Positions 34,099 through 46,832 of a stretch of DNA of 64,000 nucleotides are shown here, in pieces. The stretch covers positions 109-64,108 of the forward strand of contig CAZOFP010000003.1 in NCBI GenBank assembly GCA_964579475.1, in the 5' to 3' direction. Made by a program: the position numbers and the translations under genes. Within the stretch, counting starts at the first letter, position 1; the number at the start of each line of letters is the position of its first letter. Source of the DNA: an uncultured Candidatus Saccharibacteria bacterium. GTDB lineage: Bacteria > Patescibacteriota > Saccharimonadia > Saccharimonadales > CAYOYH01. The notes below the pieces were generated by a model. That model was not told where the DNA came from. It did no database searches and saw only the letters and a program-made list of their open reading frames with translations.

Positions 34099-36681
34099 TT
34101 AGCTAAAGGTTACCTTGTCGTTTTTTAATTTGGCTGCGATTTTCTGCCCTTCTTTGACTTTGCCGTCTATTATCGCCATGGCTAGCAGATCTAGTAGCTT
34201 GCTTTGAATTAAACGCTTTAGAGGTCGTGCACCAAATACTGGGTCGTAACCTTCTTTGGCCAGCATCTCCTTGACGTCATCAGAAACTGTTAGTTCTAGG
34301 TCTTTACTGTCTTTGAGATTTCTAGCCACCCGATTTATCTGTATGTCGACGATGGCTCGCATATCAGATTTGTCGATTCGCTTAAATAACACCGTGTCAT
34401 CTATGCGGTTCAAAAACTCTGGACGCATCATAGTTCTGACGATTTCCATGACGTTTTCGTAAAGCTTGTCTGAGTTTTTTCCGTCCCAGGCTTGGATCAC
34501 ATCTGAGCCCATATTGCTGGTCATGATGATTACGGTATTAGAAAAATCTACCGTCCGGCCTCGCCCATCAGTTAGTCGCCCGTCGTCTAGTACTTGGAGG
34601 AGTATGTTAAACACATCTGAGTGTGCTTTTTCTATTTCATCGAACAATATAACTGAGTATGGTCGTCTTCGAACGGCTTCAGTCAGTTGCCCGCCCTCGT
34701 CATAGCCAACGTAGCCTGGTGGTGAACCAATTAAACGAGACACGGCGTGTTTTTCCATGTACTCACTCATATCGATTCGCAGCAGTGAGTGTTCATCGCC
34801 AAAGAGTATCTCGGCCAGCGCTTTAGTCAGCTCAGTCTTACCAACACCAGTTGGGCCTAGGAACAGGAAGGAACCAACTGGGCGGTCGCGCTCGGATATA
34901 CCAGCTCGCGAGCGACGGATTGCATTGGAAACGACCTGCACGGCTTCTTTTTGGCCGACTACTCTTTCGGCTAACTCTTTATCGATGTGTTTAAGCTTCT
35001 CGGTTTCGGTTTCGATGAGTTTGCTGACAGGAATACCAGTCCAGCGAGCTACGACTTGAGCAATATCATCTTCGGTCACCTCTTCTCTGAGTAGCCGCTT
35101 GTCTTGGGGGATATTGTCTAACTCGCCCAGTATCTCGGCAATCTCTTCCTCGAGCTTTGGTGCTTCGCCGTATTTGATTTTGGCGGCACGCTCCAAGTCT
35201 CCGTCTCGTTCAGCCTGAGACTCTTCAGTTTTTAGTGATTCCAGCTTTTCACTGGCCTCTTTCAGACGGTTAATCAAATCTTTCTCATGTTTCCACTGAG
35301 TTTCAAGTCCAGAGACTTTCTCTTTTTGCGAAGCAATTTCTTGTTTTATTTCTTCTTTGCGCTGTTTGGCGGAGGTCGACTTATCTTTTTTAATAGCAGC
35401 CAGTTCGATTTCTAGTTGCATAATGCGCCGCTTGGCACGGTCGAGCTCGGTTGGCATGGAATCAATCTGGATTCTCAGACTAGATGTTGCCTCGTCGATT
35501 AAATCAATGGCCTTGTCGGGCATTTGCCGGTCTTGAATATATCTGTCGCTTAGTCGAGCTGCCGCCACGATAGCGTCGTCGGTTATTTTTACACCATGGT
35601 GGACTTCGTATTTGTCCTTTAGTCCACGCAGGATTGCGATGGTGTCTTCCAGGTTTGGTTCATCGACATAAACTGGCTGAAAGCGTCGTTCTAGGGCGGC
35701 GTCCTTTTCAATGTATTTGCGATATTCGTCTAATGTAGTCGCACCGATCATGTGTAGCTTACCTCTGGCTAGGAGTGGTTTTAGCATGTTGCCGGCATCA
35801 ACTGCGCCTTCTGAGCCGCCAGCACCAACGACGGTGTGGAGTTCGTCGATAAACAATAGTATTTCACCGGCACTGTCTTCAACTTCTTTGAGGACAGATT
35901 TTAGACGTTCTTCGAATTCGCCTCTAAACTTGGCACCGGCTAGCAGCGAGCCAATATCTAGGTTGATGATTTTCTTGTTCTTCAACCCCTCGGGAACATC
36001 GCCATGAACTATTCTTTGAGCCAAACCCTCGGCAATAGCTGTTTTACCAACGCCAGGTTCACCGATTAAAACCGGGTTATTTTTGGTTCGGCGCGAAAGC
36101 ACTTGCATGAGACGTCGGATTTCTTCATCGCGTCCAATAACTGGGTCTAGCTCGCCTTTTTCAGCCAGTTCCGTCAGATCTTGACCGTACTTTTCTAAAA
36201 CTTGCATCTTGTTCTCTGGTGTTTGATCGGTTACGTTCATGTTGCCCCTCACTTGTTTTATCTTAGCTTTAACTTCGTCATACTTGAGTCCGAATCTTGT
36301 CCAAGCTTCGTGCTCTGGATACTCTTTCAAAGCAGCAAGAAGTAAATGTTCGGTGCTGGTATGGCTATCACCAAGAGATTTTGCTTCGGCCTTAGCCTGG
36401 CTTAGTATTTTGATTATTTCTTGGCTAGGTCTTATCTGATCGATTGAAGGCGCGGTAGTGCTGTGAGGTAAGTCGGCGATTAGAGAATCTAGTGAAGCTA
36501 CGAAATTACCCAGAGATACGCCCGAGGCTCTGAGCAGGCCGACGAAGGCCGTATCTTCTTGTAGTGAAAGGGTTCTTAGCAGCACCGAAAGGTGGAGCTC
36601 GGTCAAATTATTCTCGACCGAATACTCCACGCTTTCGTTGAGTGCTTCGATAACTTTTTGAGTCATCTGCTCGGGGTTCAT
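34099..36681 (-). CDS. clpB: ATP-dependent chaperone ClpB
   Basis: 860 aa, two AAA modules ([18 protein letters not shown]) and a long coiled-coil middle domain. Confidence 0.95.
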   Translation of the reverse strand: MNPEQMTQKVIEALNESVEYSVENNLTELHLSVLLRTLSLQEDTAFVGLLRASGVSLGNFVASLDSLIADLPHSTTAPSIDQIRPSQEIIKILSQAKAEAKSLGDSHTSTEHLLLAALKEYPEHEAWTRFGLKYDEVKAKIKQVRGNMNVTDQTPENKMQVLEKYGQDLTELAEKGELDPVIGRDEEIRRLMQVLSRRTKNNPVLIGEPGVGKTAIAEGLAQRIVHGDVPEGLKNKKIINLDIGSLLAGAKFRGEFEERLKSVLKEVEDSAGEILLFIDELHTVVGAGGSEGAVDAGNMLKPLLARGKLHMIGATTLDEYRKYIEKDAALERRFQPVYVDEPNLEDTIAILRGLKDKYEVHHGVKITDDAIVAAARLSDRYIQDRQMPDKAIDLIDEATSSLRIQIDSMPTELDRAKRRIMQLEIELAAIKKDKSTSAKQRKEEIKQEIASQKEKVSGLETQWKHEKDLINRLKEASEKLESLKTEESQAERDGDLERAAKIKYGEAPKLEEEIAEILGELDNIPQDKRLLREEVTEDDIAQVVARWTGIPVSKLIETETEKLKHIDKELAERVVGQKEAVQVVSNAIRRSRAGISERDRPVGSFLFLGPTGVGKTELTKALAEILFGDEHSLLRIDMSEYMEKHAVSRLIGSPPGYVGYDEGGQLTEAVRRRPYSVILFDEIEKAHSDVFNILLQVLDDGRLTDGRGRTVDFSNTVIIMTSNMGSDVIQAWDGKNSDKLYENVMEIVRTMMRPEFLNRIDDTVLFKRIDKSDMRAIVDIQINRVARNLKDSKDLELTVSDDVKEMLAKEGYDPVFGARPLKRLIQSKLLDLLAMAIIDGKVKEGQKIAAKLKNDKVTFS

Positions 36682-37121
36682 TACTTCCTCCCTTTGCTCT
36701 TTGCCTTAATGGCGATTTTCTTTGGTTTTGGTAAAGCTTTGAAAGGAACAGTTACTTTTAGCACCCCATTTTCCATATGAGCTTCGACTTTGCTGGTGTC
36801 GGCATTTTTTGGCAAGACGACGCTTCGGTGGAAACTAGAATACGACTCGCGCATTATGTACCTGCGTTTTTTCTTATCCTCTGTTTTCTCTTTCTTTTCG
36901 GCGTGAATCTCAAGCGCGCCTTCGTGTACGCTGACATCCACGTCGTCTTCATCGAAGCCAGAGAGCGGAGCCTCTATTACTAAGTAGTTGTCGTCTTCTA
37001 CATAGACATCAGTAGTCGCTAGTGTCATACCTAGATTCGACATTACAAAATTGTCGCCGAAAACTTGGCGTCTTAGATCGTCCATTTCTTGGAACGGATC
37101 CCATTTTGTTAGATTAACCAT
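36681..37121 (-). CDS. Hsp20/alpha-crystallin small heat-shock protein
   Basis: The alpha-crystallin core [31 protein letters not shown] is present. RBS AAGGAGG. Confidence 0.9.
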   Translation of the reverse strand: MVNLTKWDPFQEMDDLRRQVFGDNFVMSNLGMTLATTDVYVEDDNYLVIEAPLSGFDEDDVDVSVHEGALEIHAEKKEKTEDKKKRRYIMRESYSSFHRSVVLPKNADTSKVEAHMENGVLKVTVPFKALPKPKKIAIKAKSKGRK

Positions 37122-37156
37122 AGCTACCTCCTTTGATGATTAATAGTGGTGTTTAA

Positions 37157-37194
37157 ATTGTAAAAAATTAGCACTCGCATGTCAAGAGTGCTAA
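37157..37194 (-). promoter_or_regulatory. CIRCE operator overlapping a sigma70-type promoter of hsp20-clpB
   Basis: TTAGCACTC-N9-GAGTGCTAA at 37168-37194 is a perfect match to the CIRCE consensus. In minus sense, TTGACA (37185-37180) lies in the CIRCE spacer and TACAAT (37162-37157) follows after 17 nt. Confidence 0.85.
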
Positions 37195-37197
37195 CTG

Positions 37198-37767
37198 TCA
37201 GTAGTCGATTCCTTTGTTTGCGAGGTATTTTTCGTCGAAATGATGCTTGAGTTTGGTCATGTTCGTGGCGATATCGACTTTTTTTAGGAGTTTTTTGGGA
37301 AAGTTGCGACCGGTTAGGCACAGGTTGGTTTTTTCGTGCTTGGAGTCAATTATTTTTTCTAACTGGCTAGCACTAAGTAATCCGTCGTGCACGGCATTGT
37401 TTATCTCGTCGCAAATAACCACATCATATTTGCCGCTGCTTGAGGCATTGAGTGCGAATTCGAACGTGTCATGCGCAGCCTGTTTATGGTCTCTATCACT
37501 TATCCCCTTTGCGCTGTGTTCTCCAGCGTCGTAGAAGCCTTTGCCGCCTTTGTGTAGTATGAGCTTGTCGCCGTATAGTTCCTGTACGTCCTTAATAAAG
37601 GCGTGTTCACCGACTTCCCAGTGTTTTATAAACTGTACGTAGGCTACAGACTTACCAGACCCTAGCGCCCGTACCATCAAGCCCAGCGCAGCGGTGGTTT
37701 TACCCTTGCCTTCCCCGGTGTAGACAATAATTACACTGTCTTTGGTTTTGAAATCCTCATACGCCAT
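37198..37767 (-). CDS. cob(I)yrinic acid a,c-diamide adenosyltransferase (CobA/BtuR family)
   Basis: YTGEGKGKTTAALGLMVRALG...VQFIK...CDEIN. Start moved to MAYEDFK. Confidence 0.8.
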   Translation of the reverse strand: MAYEDFKTKDSVIIVYTGEGKGKTTAALGLMVRALGSGKSVAYVQFIKHWEVGEHAFIKDVQELYGDKLILHKGGKGFYDAGEHSAKGISDRDHKQAAHDTFEFALNASSSGKYDVVICDEINNAVHDGLLSASQLEKIIDSKHEKTNLCLTGRNFPKKLLKKVDIATNMTKLKHHFDEKYLANKGIDY

Positions 37768-37871
37768 ATGTGTGTTTAAGTATAGTACAAAGGCTGGCTC
37801 AGTGAAGTAGTTTCTCCTTACGTACGGCAAATAAGAGTATACTAACCCTCAATACGTAAGTGTGATAAACA

Positions 37872-38471
37872 ATGTTTTCTGTAGACAATAAACCAAAACA
37901 TCATGAACTAGTAAAACACCCCACGAAACGCAAGGTTTTTGTAAAATTCATTGCCGTTGTTTTGGTGTTTGCGGGTTATTTTCTTTTTGTGGCTGGGCGC
38001 TTAGGTTTTGAAAACGGATTCTATGTGACAACTCTAACTTGGTCGTTTTTTGTTCTGTCGACTCCGATAGCTGATGCTGGTTTCTTAGTGGACTTTCCTT
38101 TACGGCTGTTACTTGGCGTCAGGATGATAGTTTCTGAAAGTATCGTCTGGCTGATGGCGATTACCGCTAACGTTCTAGCGCTCGGATTTAAACCAGAGTT
38201 GTATTCTTCTACCGATTTACTGGAAGTGTTCAAGAAAATTCTTGAAACTCCGTGGCCGTATTGGTCGATAATTGCTTTGTCGGCTGTCGGTACGTTCATG
38301 TCGGTAATATTTGGCGATGAATTGATCGATAAAGTCCAGCATAAAGACAGGAAGATTTACAAGAAACACAAGTTCAAGTACCGAGTAGTAGTGATGGTTT
38401 TCGTTATCGTCGCGGCGACTGTGCTTTACGATGTGTTGTTGAAACAGCTTGGTTACAATCTGCCAGGTTAA
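37872..38471 (+). CDS. integral membrane protein, unknown function
   Basis: ORF track, 5 hydrophobic segments. Confidence 0.5.
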   Translation: MFSVDNKPKHHELVKHPTKRKVFVKFIAVVLVFAGYFLFVAGRLGFENGFYVTTLTWSFFVLSTPIADAGFLVDFPLRLLLGVRMIVSESIVWLMAITANVLALGFKPELYSSTDLLEVFKKILETPWPYWSIIALSAVGTFMSVIFGDELIDKVQHKDRKIYKKHKFKYRVVVMVFVIVAATVLYDVLLKQLGYNLPG

Positions 38472-38475
38472 ACGA

Positions 38476-38724
38476 CTAGAGTGCGTGTTTTGCTATCGAT
38501 CGAATGATAAACCCTACAACTAGCAGCACTATTCCAAGTATCGCCAGCAGATGCTCTCTCTTCATTTCTTTATAGACAGCTTTGTCTAGGGCATGTTCTT
38601 TACGAACTCGCCCATGAACGGTGATGACGGTATAAGCAATTAGGATTTCACCTGTAATAATGATGCTGTCGCCGACGAGTTCAAGAAAGTTCATGTTTAT
38701 AAGAGTAATGCTTGTTGATGACAA
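38476..38724 (-). CDS. small two-TM protein
   Basis: ORF track. Confidence 0.4.
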   Translation of the reverse strand: MSSTSITLINMNFLELVGDSIIITGEILIAYTVITVHGRVRKEHALDKAVYKEMKREHLLAILGIVLLVVGFIIRSIAKHAL

Positions 38725-38809
38725 CGTCTAGCTGTGGGATTTATTTTTTATGTAGTGAGCTGGTTTTTAAAGATGGCGACGAAGCTGGCAAAATATTTAT
38801 AGCGAGCTA

Positions 38810-38942
38810 AATGAATCCCCGCGAGTTAACACTCGCGGTATCTTCTTGACTCGCATCCGTGCTACGCACGAATCCGTCCGCCTTTAGGCGGACAATGCTT
38901 ACCCGCGAGCTTACGCTCGGGGTATGCGCAACACCTAATCAA
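38810..38942 (-). repeat. intergenic repeat family A, copy 3
   Basis: The reverse complement is near-identical to 2174-2307 over ~133 nt, with about 6 substitutions by eye. Confidence 0.85.
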
Positions 38943-39046
38943 CACTGCGTCATTTGTGTTTGTAATCCACGTAGTTGGACAGTTTGCAAAAGCATTAAAG
39001 AGGTGGGTCTAGTGCAGGTACTTTCTGGGTAAGATTACTTTTAAGA

Positions 39047-39295
39047 TTAGACTAGATTACTTTTTTTGAGGGCGGCATCGATTTTCGGCCGGTCGAAACC
39101 AACGACAATCGAGCCGTCAATATCTAGAACGGGTACCCCTAGCTGACCAGACTTGTCCAAGACTTCTTTATAGGCCTCGGCGTCTGCGGTTATGTCTTTG
39201 CTGACAAAATCGATTTTCTTCGATTTCAAATATTCTTTAGCCATATGGCAAAAGCCACAGGTTGGAGTTGTATACATAGTGATTGAAGCTGACAT
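39047..39295 (-). CDS. glutaredoxin/NrdH-like redoxin
   Basis: YTTPTCGFCHMAKEYL CxxC motif, GVPVL, 82 aa. Confidence 0.85.
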   Translation of the reverse strand: MSASITMYTTPTCGFCHMAKEYLKSKKIDFVSKDITADAEAYKEVLDKSGQLGVPVLDIDGSIVVGFDRPKIDAALKKSNLV

Positions 39296-39303
39296 CTCGT
39301 CCC

Positions 39304-39600
39304 CTATTTGCCAATTACAATTTTAATTATTTCGTTATTTTCTGGCTTAGATTCATCGACTTGGTAGCAGATTTTCTGACCTTTTCTGGTTTTCTTAATT
39401 AGCCCTGCTTGTTCGAGTATTCGCATATGTTGGGACACTCCTGCAGTGGATATGCCGATTCTTGTTGCTACTTCACTGACGCACACATCTTCGTTTCGGT
39501 AGAGAATCTTCATTATCTTGTATCGGTTAGGATCACCTAGTGCGGCAAATTTAGGAACCATTTTACTTGATTTAGTAGTAGTTTTTTTTGTACCAAACAT
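39304..39600 (-). CDS. ArsR/SmtB-family transcriptional regulator
   Basis: LGDPNRYKIMKIL...VSEVATRIGISTAGVSQHMRILEQAGLI winged HTH. Confidence 0.85.
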   Translation of the reverse strand: MFGTKKTTTKSSKMVPKFAALGDPNRYKIMKILYRNEDVCVSEVATRIGISTAGVSQHMRILEQAGLIKKTRKGQKICYQVDESKPENNEIIKIVIGK

Positions 39601-39613
39601 ATTCGCCTTTGAA

Positions 39614-39631
39614 TTTAAGTGATTACTTAAA
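39614..39631. promoter_or_regulatory. 7-4-7 inverted repeat, likely ArsR-family operator
   Basis: TTTAAGT GATT ACTTAAA, 14 nt upstream of the arsR-like start, in the divergent region shared with the atp operon. Confidence 0.45.
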
Positions 39632-39687
39632 TGATACGTGTTTGCACGCTTTCTTGCAAGTCTTAAATATTGATGCCCAAACTGCGG

Positions 39688-39715
39688 TTGTAAAACTATT
39701 TCAAACTGCTATACT
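39688..39715 (+). promoter_or_regulatory. candidate atp operon promoter
   Basis: TTGTAA, 16 nt spacer, TATACT. The annotated first ATG is only 12 nt downstream, giving a near-leaderless mRNA if that start is real. Confidence 0.35.
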
Positions 39716-39727
39716 CTCGCGTGATAC

Positions 39728-40018
39728 ATGGGTAAAACAACTAAGGATACTAGTACGACCTCTGCTAAAGACGGGCCGAGCACTATGAATGCGCCGACTT
39801 CCGATAAATTTGGTGTGCATCTGGCGCAAATGGCTTGGCGTGTAGCTTTGTCATTCTTGTCGTTTTCGGTAGGTGGTATATTTCTAGATCGCTCACTAAA
39901 CAGCGAACCAGCTTTTTCACTGATTGGCTTTGCGCTCGCAATCATGTCTACGACAGCGGTGGTTTATATATATGTGAAAAAGAACTTCCCTGAAACTTTC
40001 GGAGGTTCCGGAGAATGA
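39728..40018 (+). CDS. AtpZ/AtpI-like small membrane protein preceding atpB
   Basis: Two TM segments. Its position and 4-nt overlap with atpB are typical. Confidence 0.6.
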   Translation: MGKTTKDTSTTSAKDGPSTMNAPTSDKFGVHLAQMAWRVALSFLSFSVGGIFLDRSLNSEPAFSLIGFALAIMSTTAVVYIYVKKNFPETFGGSGE

Positions 40019-40851
40019 ATCCTCTTGTTTATTTAGCCCAGGAAGAAGCCAAAGGTCCACATATTACATTGAAGGCCGACCACCTATTCGAAATTGGCGG
40101 TGTAGCAATTACTAACTCTGTTATTTATGGAATAGTTATCATCGCAGTACTAATCGCAGTAGGTGTGTATTTAGCCAATCGCACGCAGATAAGACCTGTT
40201 CGTGGTGCAGTAGCTCTGTTCGAGATGCTGACTGAAGGCTTGGTAGGTATGATGGAAGGTATATTCGGCGATCGACAAAAAGCCATCAAGTACACTCCAG
40301 TTTTCGGAACTTTCTTTATTTTCATTGTGGTCACCTACATCACTGGAATTCTGCCGTACGTTGGCGAAGGTATTACTTATAATGAAACACCGGTGTTTCG
40401 AGCCTTTATTGCCGACTTAAACGGTACGGTGGCCATGGCGATAATAGCCATCCTGATAGTCCAGTATTACTCCATTCAAGAGCTAGGTATTCTTGGTCAT
40501 TTTAGGCACTATTTCACCGATAAACCACTTAATCCGATGAATTTGTTCATTGGGATACTCGAAGTTATTGGTGAGTTCACCAGGATTATGAGTCTTTCAT
40601 TGAGGTTGTTTCTAAATACTGCGGTTGGCGAAATACTGATCGTAGTGTTTGCCTTTGTCGGCGGTTATTTTGCATCGCTAACGGTGTTCCCTATTGTAGT
40701 CTTCGAGATACTAATAGCCTTAATTCAAGCATATGTATTTACCGTACTGGCAGCCACTTATCTGGCGCTAGCTATTTCTCACCCTGGCGGTGAGCACGAA
40801 ACAGATCATCACGAACAAGCTCAGCTAAGCCCCAGCGGAGCGCAGTCGTGA
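40015..40851 (+). CDS. atpB: F0F1 ATP synthase subunit a
   Basis: Conserved LSLRLF..N (essential Arg) helix and operon position. Confidence 0.92.
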   Translation: MNPLVYLAQEEAKGPHITLKADHLFEIGGVAITNSVIYGIVIIAVLIAVGVYLANRTQIRPVRGAVALFEMLTEGLVGMMEGIFGDRQKAIKYTPVFGTFFIFIVVTYITGILPYVGEGITYNETPVFRAFIADLNGTVAMAIIAILIVQYYSIQELGILGHFRHYFTDKPLNPMNLFIGILEVIGEFTRIMSLSLRLFLNTAVGEILIVVFAFVGGYFASLTVFPIVVFEILIALIQAYVFTVLAATYLALAISHPGGEHETDHHEQAQLSPSGAQS

Positions 40852-40891
40852 TGAACAAGAACCAAGGTAAAGTTAGGGGCAGAGGTAAATA

Positions 40892-41146
40892 ATGGTTCCA
40901 ACAATAACAACATTTGCTGCTGAAAACGAAGTTATTTGGCAGACAACAATGGCTAAAGGATTTATGGCGGGTCTCGCCCTGGGTGCGGCAGCTATTGGAC
41001 TCGGAATGATCGGTGCTGCCTACATGAAGGCGCTTGGTCGTAATCCAGAGGCAGGCAAAGCTGCTGGTCAAGTCATCATTATCGCGGCGATGGTCGAGGT
41101 GACGGCTCTACTAGCATTTCTACTAGCCGCCTTCTTGCTGGTTTAG
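40892..41146 (+). CDS. atpE: F0F1 ATP synthase subunit c
   Basis: Hairpin with RNPE loop and conserved carboxylate in AAMVEV. Confidence 0.92.
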   Translation: MVPTITTFAAENEVIWQTTMAKGFMAGLALGAAAIGLGMIGAAYMKALGRNPEAGKAAGQVIIIAAMVEVTALLAFLLAAFLLV

Positions 41147-41168
41147 GTTTTAGTAAAGAGGAGAATAA

Positions 41169-41708
41169 ATGAACGTGTACACATTAACCACATTTGCAGC
41201 CGAAGACGTTACCGGTATTGGTGCTCTAGGCTTAGATTGGAAGGTGATTCTGCTTCAGGCAGGCGCGTTCATAATTCTCTACCTTGTTTTCAAGAAGTAC
41301 GCTCTAGGTAAAGTTGTCAAAACTCTAGACGATCGTCACCAGAAGATTGAAGAGAGTATAAAAACAGCGGATGACATAGAAAAGCGTTCCAAAGAAACGA
41401 ACAAGGAAGCAGAAAAGATTGTCGCCAAAGCCAGGAAGGATGCCGAAGTGGTAGTAGCTAAGGCTCACGAAGAAGCCACCGACATGATTAAGGAAGCCGA
41501 AGAGGCTGCATCCAAAAAACAAGACAAGATGCTAAAAGAGGCTGAAGCCAAACTAGAAGCAGATGTGAAAAAGGCTAAGTCGGAGCTGAGAGGCGAACTA
41601 CTAACACTAGTAGCCACCGCGACCAGCACAGTTCTTGGTGAGAAGATAGACCTCAAAAAGGACGAGCAGCTTATCAAAAAAGCTCTTAGTGAGGTGCAAA
41701 GTGACTAG
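41169..41708 (+). CDS. atpF: F0F1 ATP synthase subunit b
   Basis: Single N-terminal TM plus a long charged helix. Confidence 0.88.
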   Translation: MNVYTLTTFAAEDVTGIGALGLDWKVILLQAGAFIILYLVFKKYALGKVVKTLDDRHQKIEESIKTADDIEKRSKETNKEAEKIVAKARKDAEVVVAKAHEEATDMIKEAEEAASKKQDKMLKEAEAKLEADVKKAKSELRGELLTLVATATSTVLGEKIDLKKDEQLIKKALSEVQSD

Positions 41709-41712
41709 ACGA

Positions 41713-42078
41713 ATGCTCGCTAGAAAAATAGCCCCCATGCTTCTCGAGGATAGCGATAATCAACAATTAGTTTCACAGCTTGGAGCATATCTGGTTGAGC
41801 AAGGCAGGACTGGTGAAGTTGATTTGCTGATAAACGACATTGCTCTAGAAATGGAACGCCTAGGTTATAGCGATGTAGATGTCGTTAGCGCCCACGCGCT
41901 GAGTAGCAGTGTCAGAAGCGAGCTGGAACAAACCATTAAACAATTAACAAGTGTCAAGTCGGTCAAGCTGAACGAAACGGTTGATCAGTCTCTGATTGGG
42001 GGAATTATCGCTACCACCCCCTCTCTAGAGATTGATCTATCGGTTCGTAGGCAGCTAAAAGCACTTAGTGCGAACTAA
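41713..42078 (+). CDS. atpH: F0F1 ATP synthase subunit delta (unusually short)
   Basis: C-terminal OSCP pattern [29 protein letters not shown]. Only 122-129 aa, and the start is ambiguous (GTG 41689/41701 or ATG 41713). Confidence 0.75.
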   Translation: MLARKIAPMLLEDSDNQQLVSQLGAYLVEQGRTGEVDLLINDIALEMERLGYSDVDVVSAHALSSSVRSELEQTIKQLTSVKSVKLNETVDQSLIGGIIATTPSLEIDLSVRRQLKALSAN

Positions 42079-42091
42079 AAGGAGGATAAGA

Positions 42092-43642
42092 ATGTCTAGT
42101 ATTTCAGTTAAAGAACTATCGAACGAACTCAAGGAGGCCATCGCGAACCTTAAAAGTACGGGGAGCGCCACGAAAACTGGTGTCGTAACAAAAATCGGTG
42201 ATGGTATAGCCTGGATTTACGGTCTAAGCGAATGTGGATTTGCCGAGATGATCGACATCGAAGCCTCAGACGGTTCGACCGTTACGGCCTTTGCATTGAA
42301 CTTGATGGAAGATGAAATTGGTGCCGTACTTCTTGGTAGCGACACACTAGTGAAAGCCGGTGCAAAGGTTTCGTTGACAGGACGAGTTCTTGAAGTTCCT
42401 GTTGGCCCAGAACTGGTTGGCCGAGTGGTTGATCCGCTAGGTAATCCCCTGGACGGCAAAGGGCCGATTAAAGCCAAGGCAACTGGCCTAGTTGAGCAAC
42501 CTGCCCCAGGTGTTCTCGACCGAAAGAGTGTTCACGAGCCAATGATGACCGGCATTGCAGCCATCGACACCATGATTCCGATTGGACGTGGTCAGCGTGA
42601 ACTAATCATTGGTGACAGACAGACCGGTAAAACTGCCATCGCACTAGACACCATGATTAACCAGACTAAGCAGAAATCTGGAATTATAAATATCTACGTA
42701 GCCATTGGCCAGAAAAGTGCCACAGTCGCTCGTCTTATAGAGCGATTGAACCACGATGGCGTCATGGACAACACGATTATCGTAGCCACCAGTGCTGCCG
42801 ACCCTGCATCGATGCAATATCTTGCGCCGTATTCTGGCGCAGCTATGGGTGAGTACTTCCGAGACAATGGCCAGCATGGGTTAATCATTTATGATGACCT
42901 GTCCAAGCACGCTGTCGCCTACCGACAGATGTCGCTACTTCTTAGACGTCCTCCAGGACGTGAAGCATATCCCGGCGACGTGTTTTACCTGCACTCAAGA
43001 CTTTTAGAACGTGCAGCCAAACTTAGTGATGCTAAAGGTGGTGGTTCGCTAACTGCCCTGCCTATTGTTGAAACTCAAGCTGGAGACGTTTCGGGGTACA
43101 TTCCGACAAACGTAATTTCAATCACCGACGGACAAATTTTCCTCGAGACTGATCTTTTCAACCAAGGTATTCGGCCAGCGGTAAACGTTGGACTCTCGGT
43201 CTCTCGTGTTGGCGGTTCAGCTCAGACTAAAGCCGTAAAAAGCGTGTCTGGAAGCCTGAGACTAGATTTGGCACAGTTTAGAGAGTTAGCCGCATTCGCC
43301 CAGTTCTCAAGCGATTTGGACGAGGAAACCAAGCAACGCATTGAACGCGGCCGTAGATTGACTGAAATTCTGAAACAACCACAGTACACCCCACTGGCGA
43401 TATGGCAGCAAGTTGCAGTGGTGCTAGCTGGAACCAATGGCGCTTTTGACAGTATTCCAGTAAATAAAGTCAAAGAAGCTATGGCCAGCATGTTCTCGCA
43501 GCTTCATTCCCAGTATAAAAAAGAAATGAACGAGCTAAACAAAGGTGATAAGGCCACGGAAAAGACGGAGAAACTTATTTTGAAGGTAGCCAGAGACGTC
43601 GCCAAAGACCACGCAGTAAAAGAAGAGTCAGAGGAAAAATAG
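42092..43642 (+). CDS. atpA: F0F1 ATP synthase subunit alpha
   Basis: [10 protein letters not shown]-loop. RBS AAGGAGG before the ATG at 42092. Confidence 0.95.
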   Translation: MSSISVKELSNELKEAIANLKSTGSATKTGVVTKIGDGIAWIYGLSECGFAEMIDIEASDGSTVTAFALNLMEDEIGAVLLGSDTLVKAGAKVSLTGRVLEVPVGPELVGRVVDPLGNPLDGKGPIKAKATGLVEQPAPGVLDRKSVHEPMMTGIAAIDTMIPIGRGQRELIIGDRQTGKTAIALDTMINQTKQKSGIINIYVAIGQKSATVARLIERLNHDGVMDNTIIVATSAADPASMQYLAPYSGAAMGEYFRDNGQHGLIIYDDLSKHAVAYRQMSLLLRRPPGREAYPGDVFYLHSRLLERAAKLSDAKGGGSLTALPIVETQAGDVSGYIPTNVISITDGQIFLETDLFNQGIRPAVNVGLSVSRVGGSAQTKAVKSVSGSLRLDLAQFRELAAFAQFSSDLDEETKQRIERGRRLTEILKQPQYTPLAIWQQVAVVLAGTNGAFDSIPVNKVKEAMASMFSQLHSQYKKEMNELNKGDKATEKTEKLILKVARDVAKDHAVKEESEEK

Positions 43643-44505
43643 ATGGCATCGACCCAGCAAATTAAACGTCGGATTCGCTCTGTCAGTAGTACTAAAAAGA
43701 TTACCAAGGCTATGGAGCTTGTGGCCGCTTCAAAGATGCGCCGTGCTCAGGAATCCACGCTTGCTAGTCGTGCTTACCGAAACACTGCGCGCGAACTACT
43801 TACTCGACTAGCGAAGCTGACCGATGTATCGAAGCAGCCGCTGTATGCCGAACGTGACACAAAGACTAGGTTGCTCATTGTTATTAGTAGCGATCGCGGT
43901 CTTGCCGGCGCCTACAACAGCTACGTCATGAAGAAATTGACCCAGGAGCTTAAGAAAGACGTGTCTAATAAAGTAAATACCCAAGCAATATTCATTGGTC
44001 GTCAAGCAGCAAGATTCGGTGCATCGCTTGAAGGACTTGAGATCGTAGGAGTTTATGAGAACTTCCCCGATAAACCAACTGGCGCAGATGTTCAGGCAGT
44101 ACTAGAGACAACGACGAGCAAGTTCCTGTCAAAAGAAGTCGACAAAGTAGATGTTATCTTTACAGACTACATTTCTTCGCTAAACCAGGAAGTGCGCGTA
44201 CAGACACTCTTGCCTGCCCACTTTGAACCAGCTGCCAGTCCGGACGATTTAAGGGCAGTTGATTTTGAACCAACGCCAGAGAAAGTCGTTCGAGGCATTA
44301 CCCCGCGCCTGATTAAGTCGCAGCTTTTCCAGGCGATACTTGAATCACAGGCTTCCGAGCATAGTATGCGGATGATGGCCATGAAAAGCGCGTCGGATAA
44401 TGCATCAGACCTGATAGACGATTTAACACTAGTGTTTAACAGTGCTCGTCAAGCAGCAATTACCCAGGAGTTGGCCGAGATTAGCGGTGGCGCGGAGGCG
44501 ATATC

Positions 44506-44509
<4 letters not shown>
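43643..44509 (+). CDS. atpG: F0F1 ATP synthase subunit gamma
   Basis: IKRRIRSVSSTKKITKAMELVAASKMRRAQ and C-terminal ITQELAEI. Confidence 0.93.
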
Positions 44510-46267
<1,758 letters not shown>

Positions 46268-46365
46268 AAACTAAACGACAGACATCACCAGCTAGGAGAA
46301 AGAAATGAATAAATGCTACAAACTATGAAATACGAATCACGAAATACGACGAACGAAGGAGAATT

Positions 46366-46794
46366 ATGCCAACTCTGGAGCTAGTAACACTTCGAGGTGT
46401 TAAGTTTTCTGAAGAAGTTCATGAGGTCATTTTGCCGACGCCAGATGGGCTAATTGCGATATTTCCTGACCATATGCCGCTGGTTTCTCTGGCTGTGCCA
46501 GGTGTCATCAGTATTCGTCGGAGCAAAGAAGACACCGACAGTCGGATGGAACACTTTGCTATAAATGGCGGTGTGGTTGAAGTTACTCCACACAAACGCG
46601 TCCGAGTTTTAGTTGATGAAGCCTCCGCCCCCCATGAAATATCCGAAAAAGAAGCCGAGGAAGCTTTGAAACGAGCCAAGGAACTGGCTAAAGACGCCAA
46701 AGACCAAATAAGTCTCGACAAGGCTCATCAGCTAATCAGTACTCAAACAGTGCGCTTAAAAGTTGCTGGGATTAAACGACGCCAGAAGCATTAA
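46366..46794 (+). CDS. atpC: F0F1 ATP synthase subunit epsilon
   Basis: N-terminal beta-sandwich pattern and C-terminal helical hairpin, plus operon position. Confidence 0.85.
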   Translation: MPTLELVTLRGVKFSEEVHEVILPTPDGLIAIFPDHMPLVSLAVPGVISIRRSKEDTDSRMEHFAINGGVVEVTPHKRVRVLVDEASAPHEISEKEAEEALKRAKELAKDAKDQISLDKAHQLISTQTVRLKVAGIKRRQKH

Positions 46795-46832
46795 AAAATA
46801 TGATTATGAACAATGAAAATAAGGAGGTGCTA

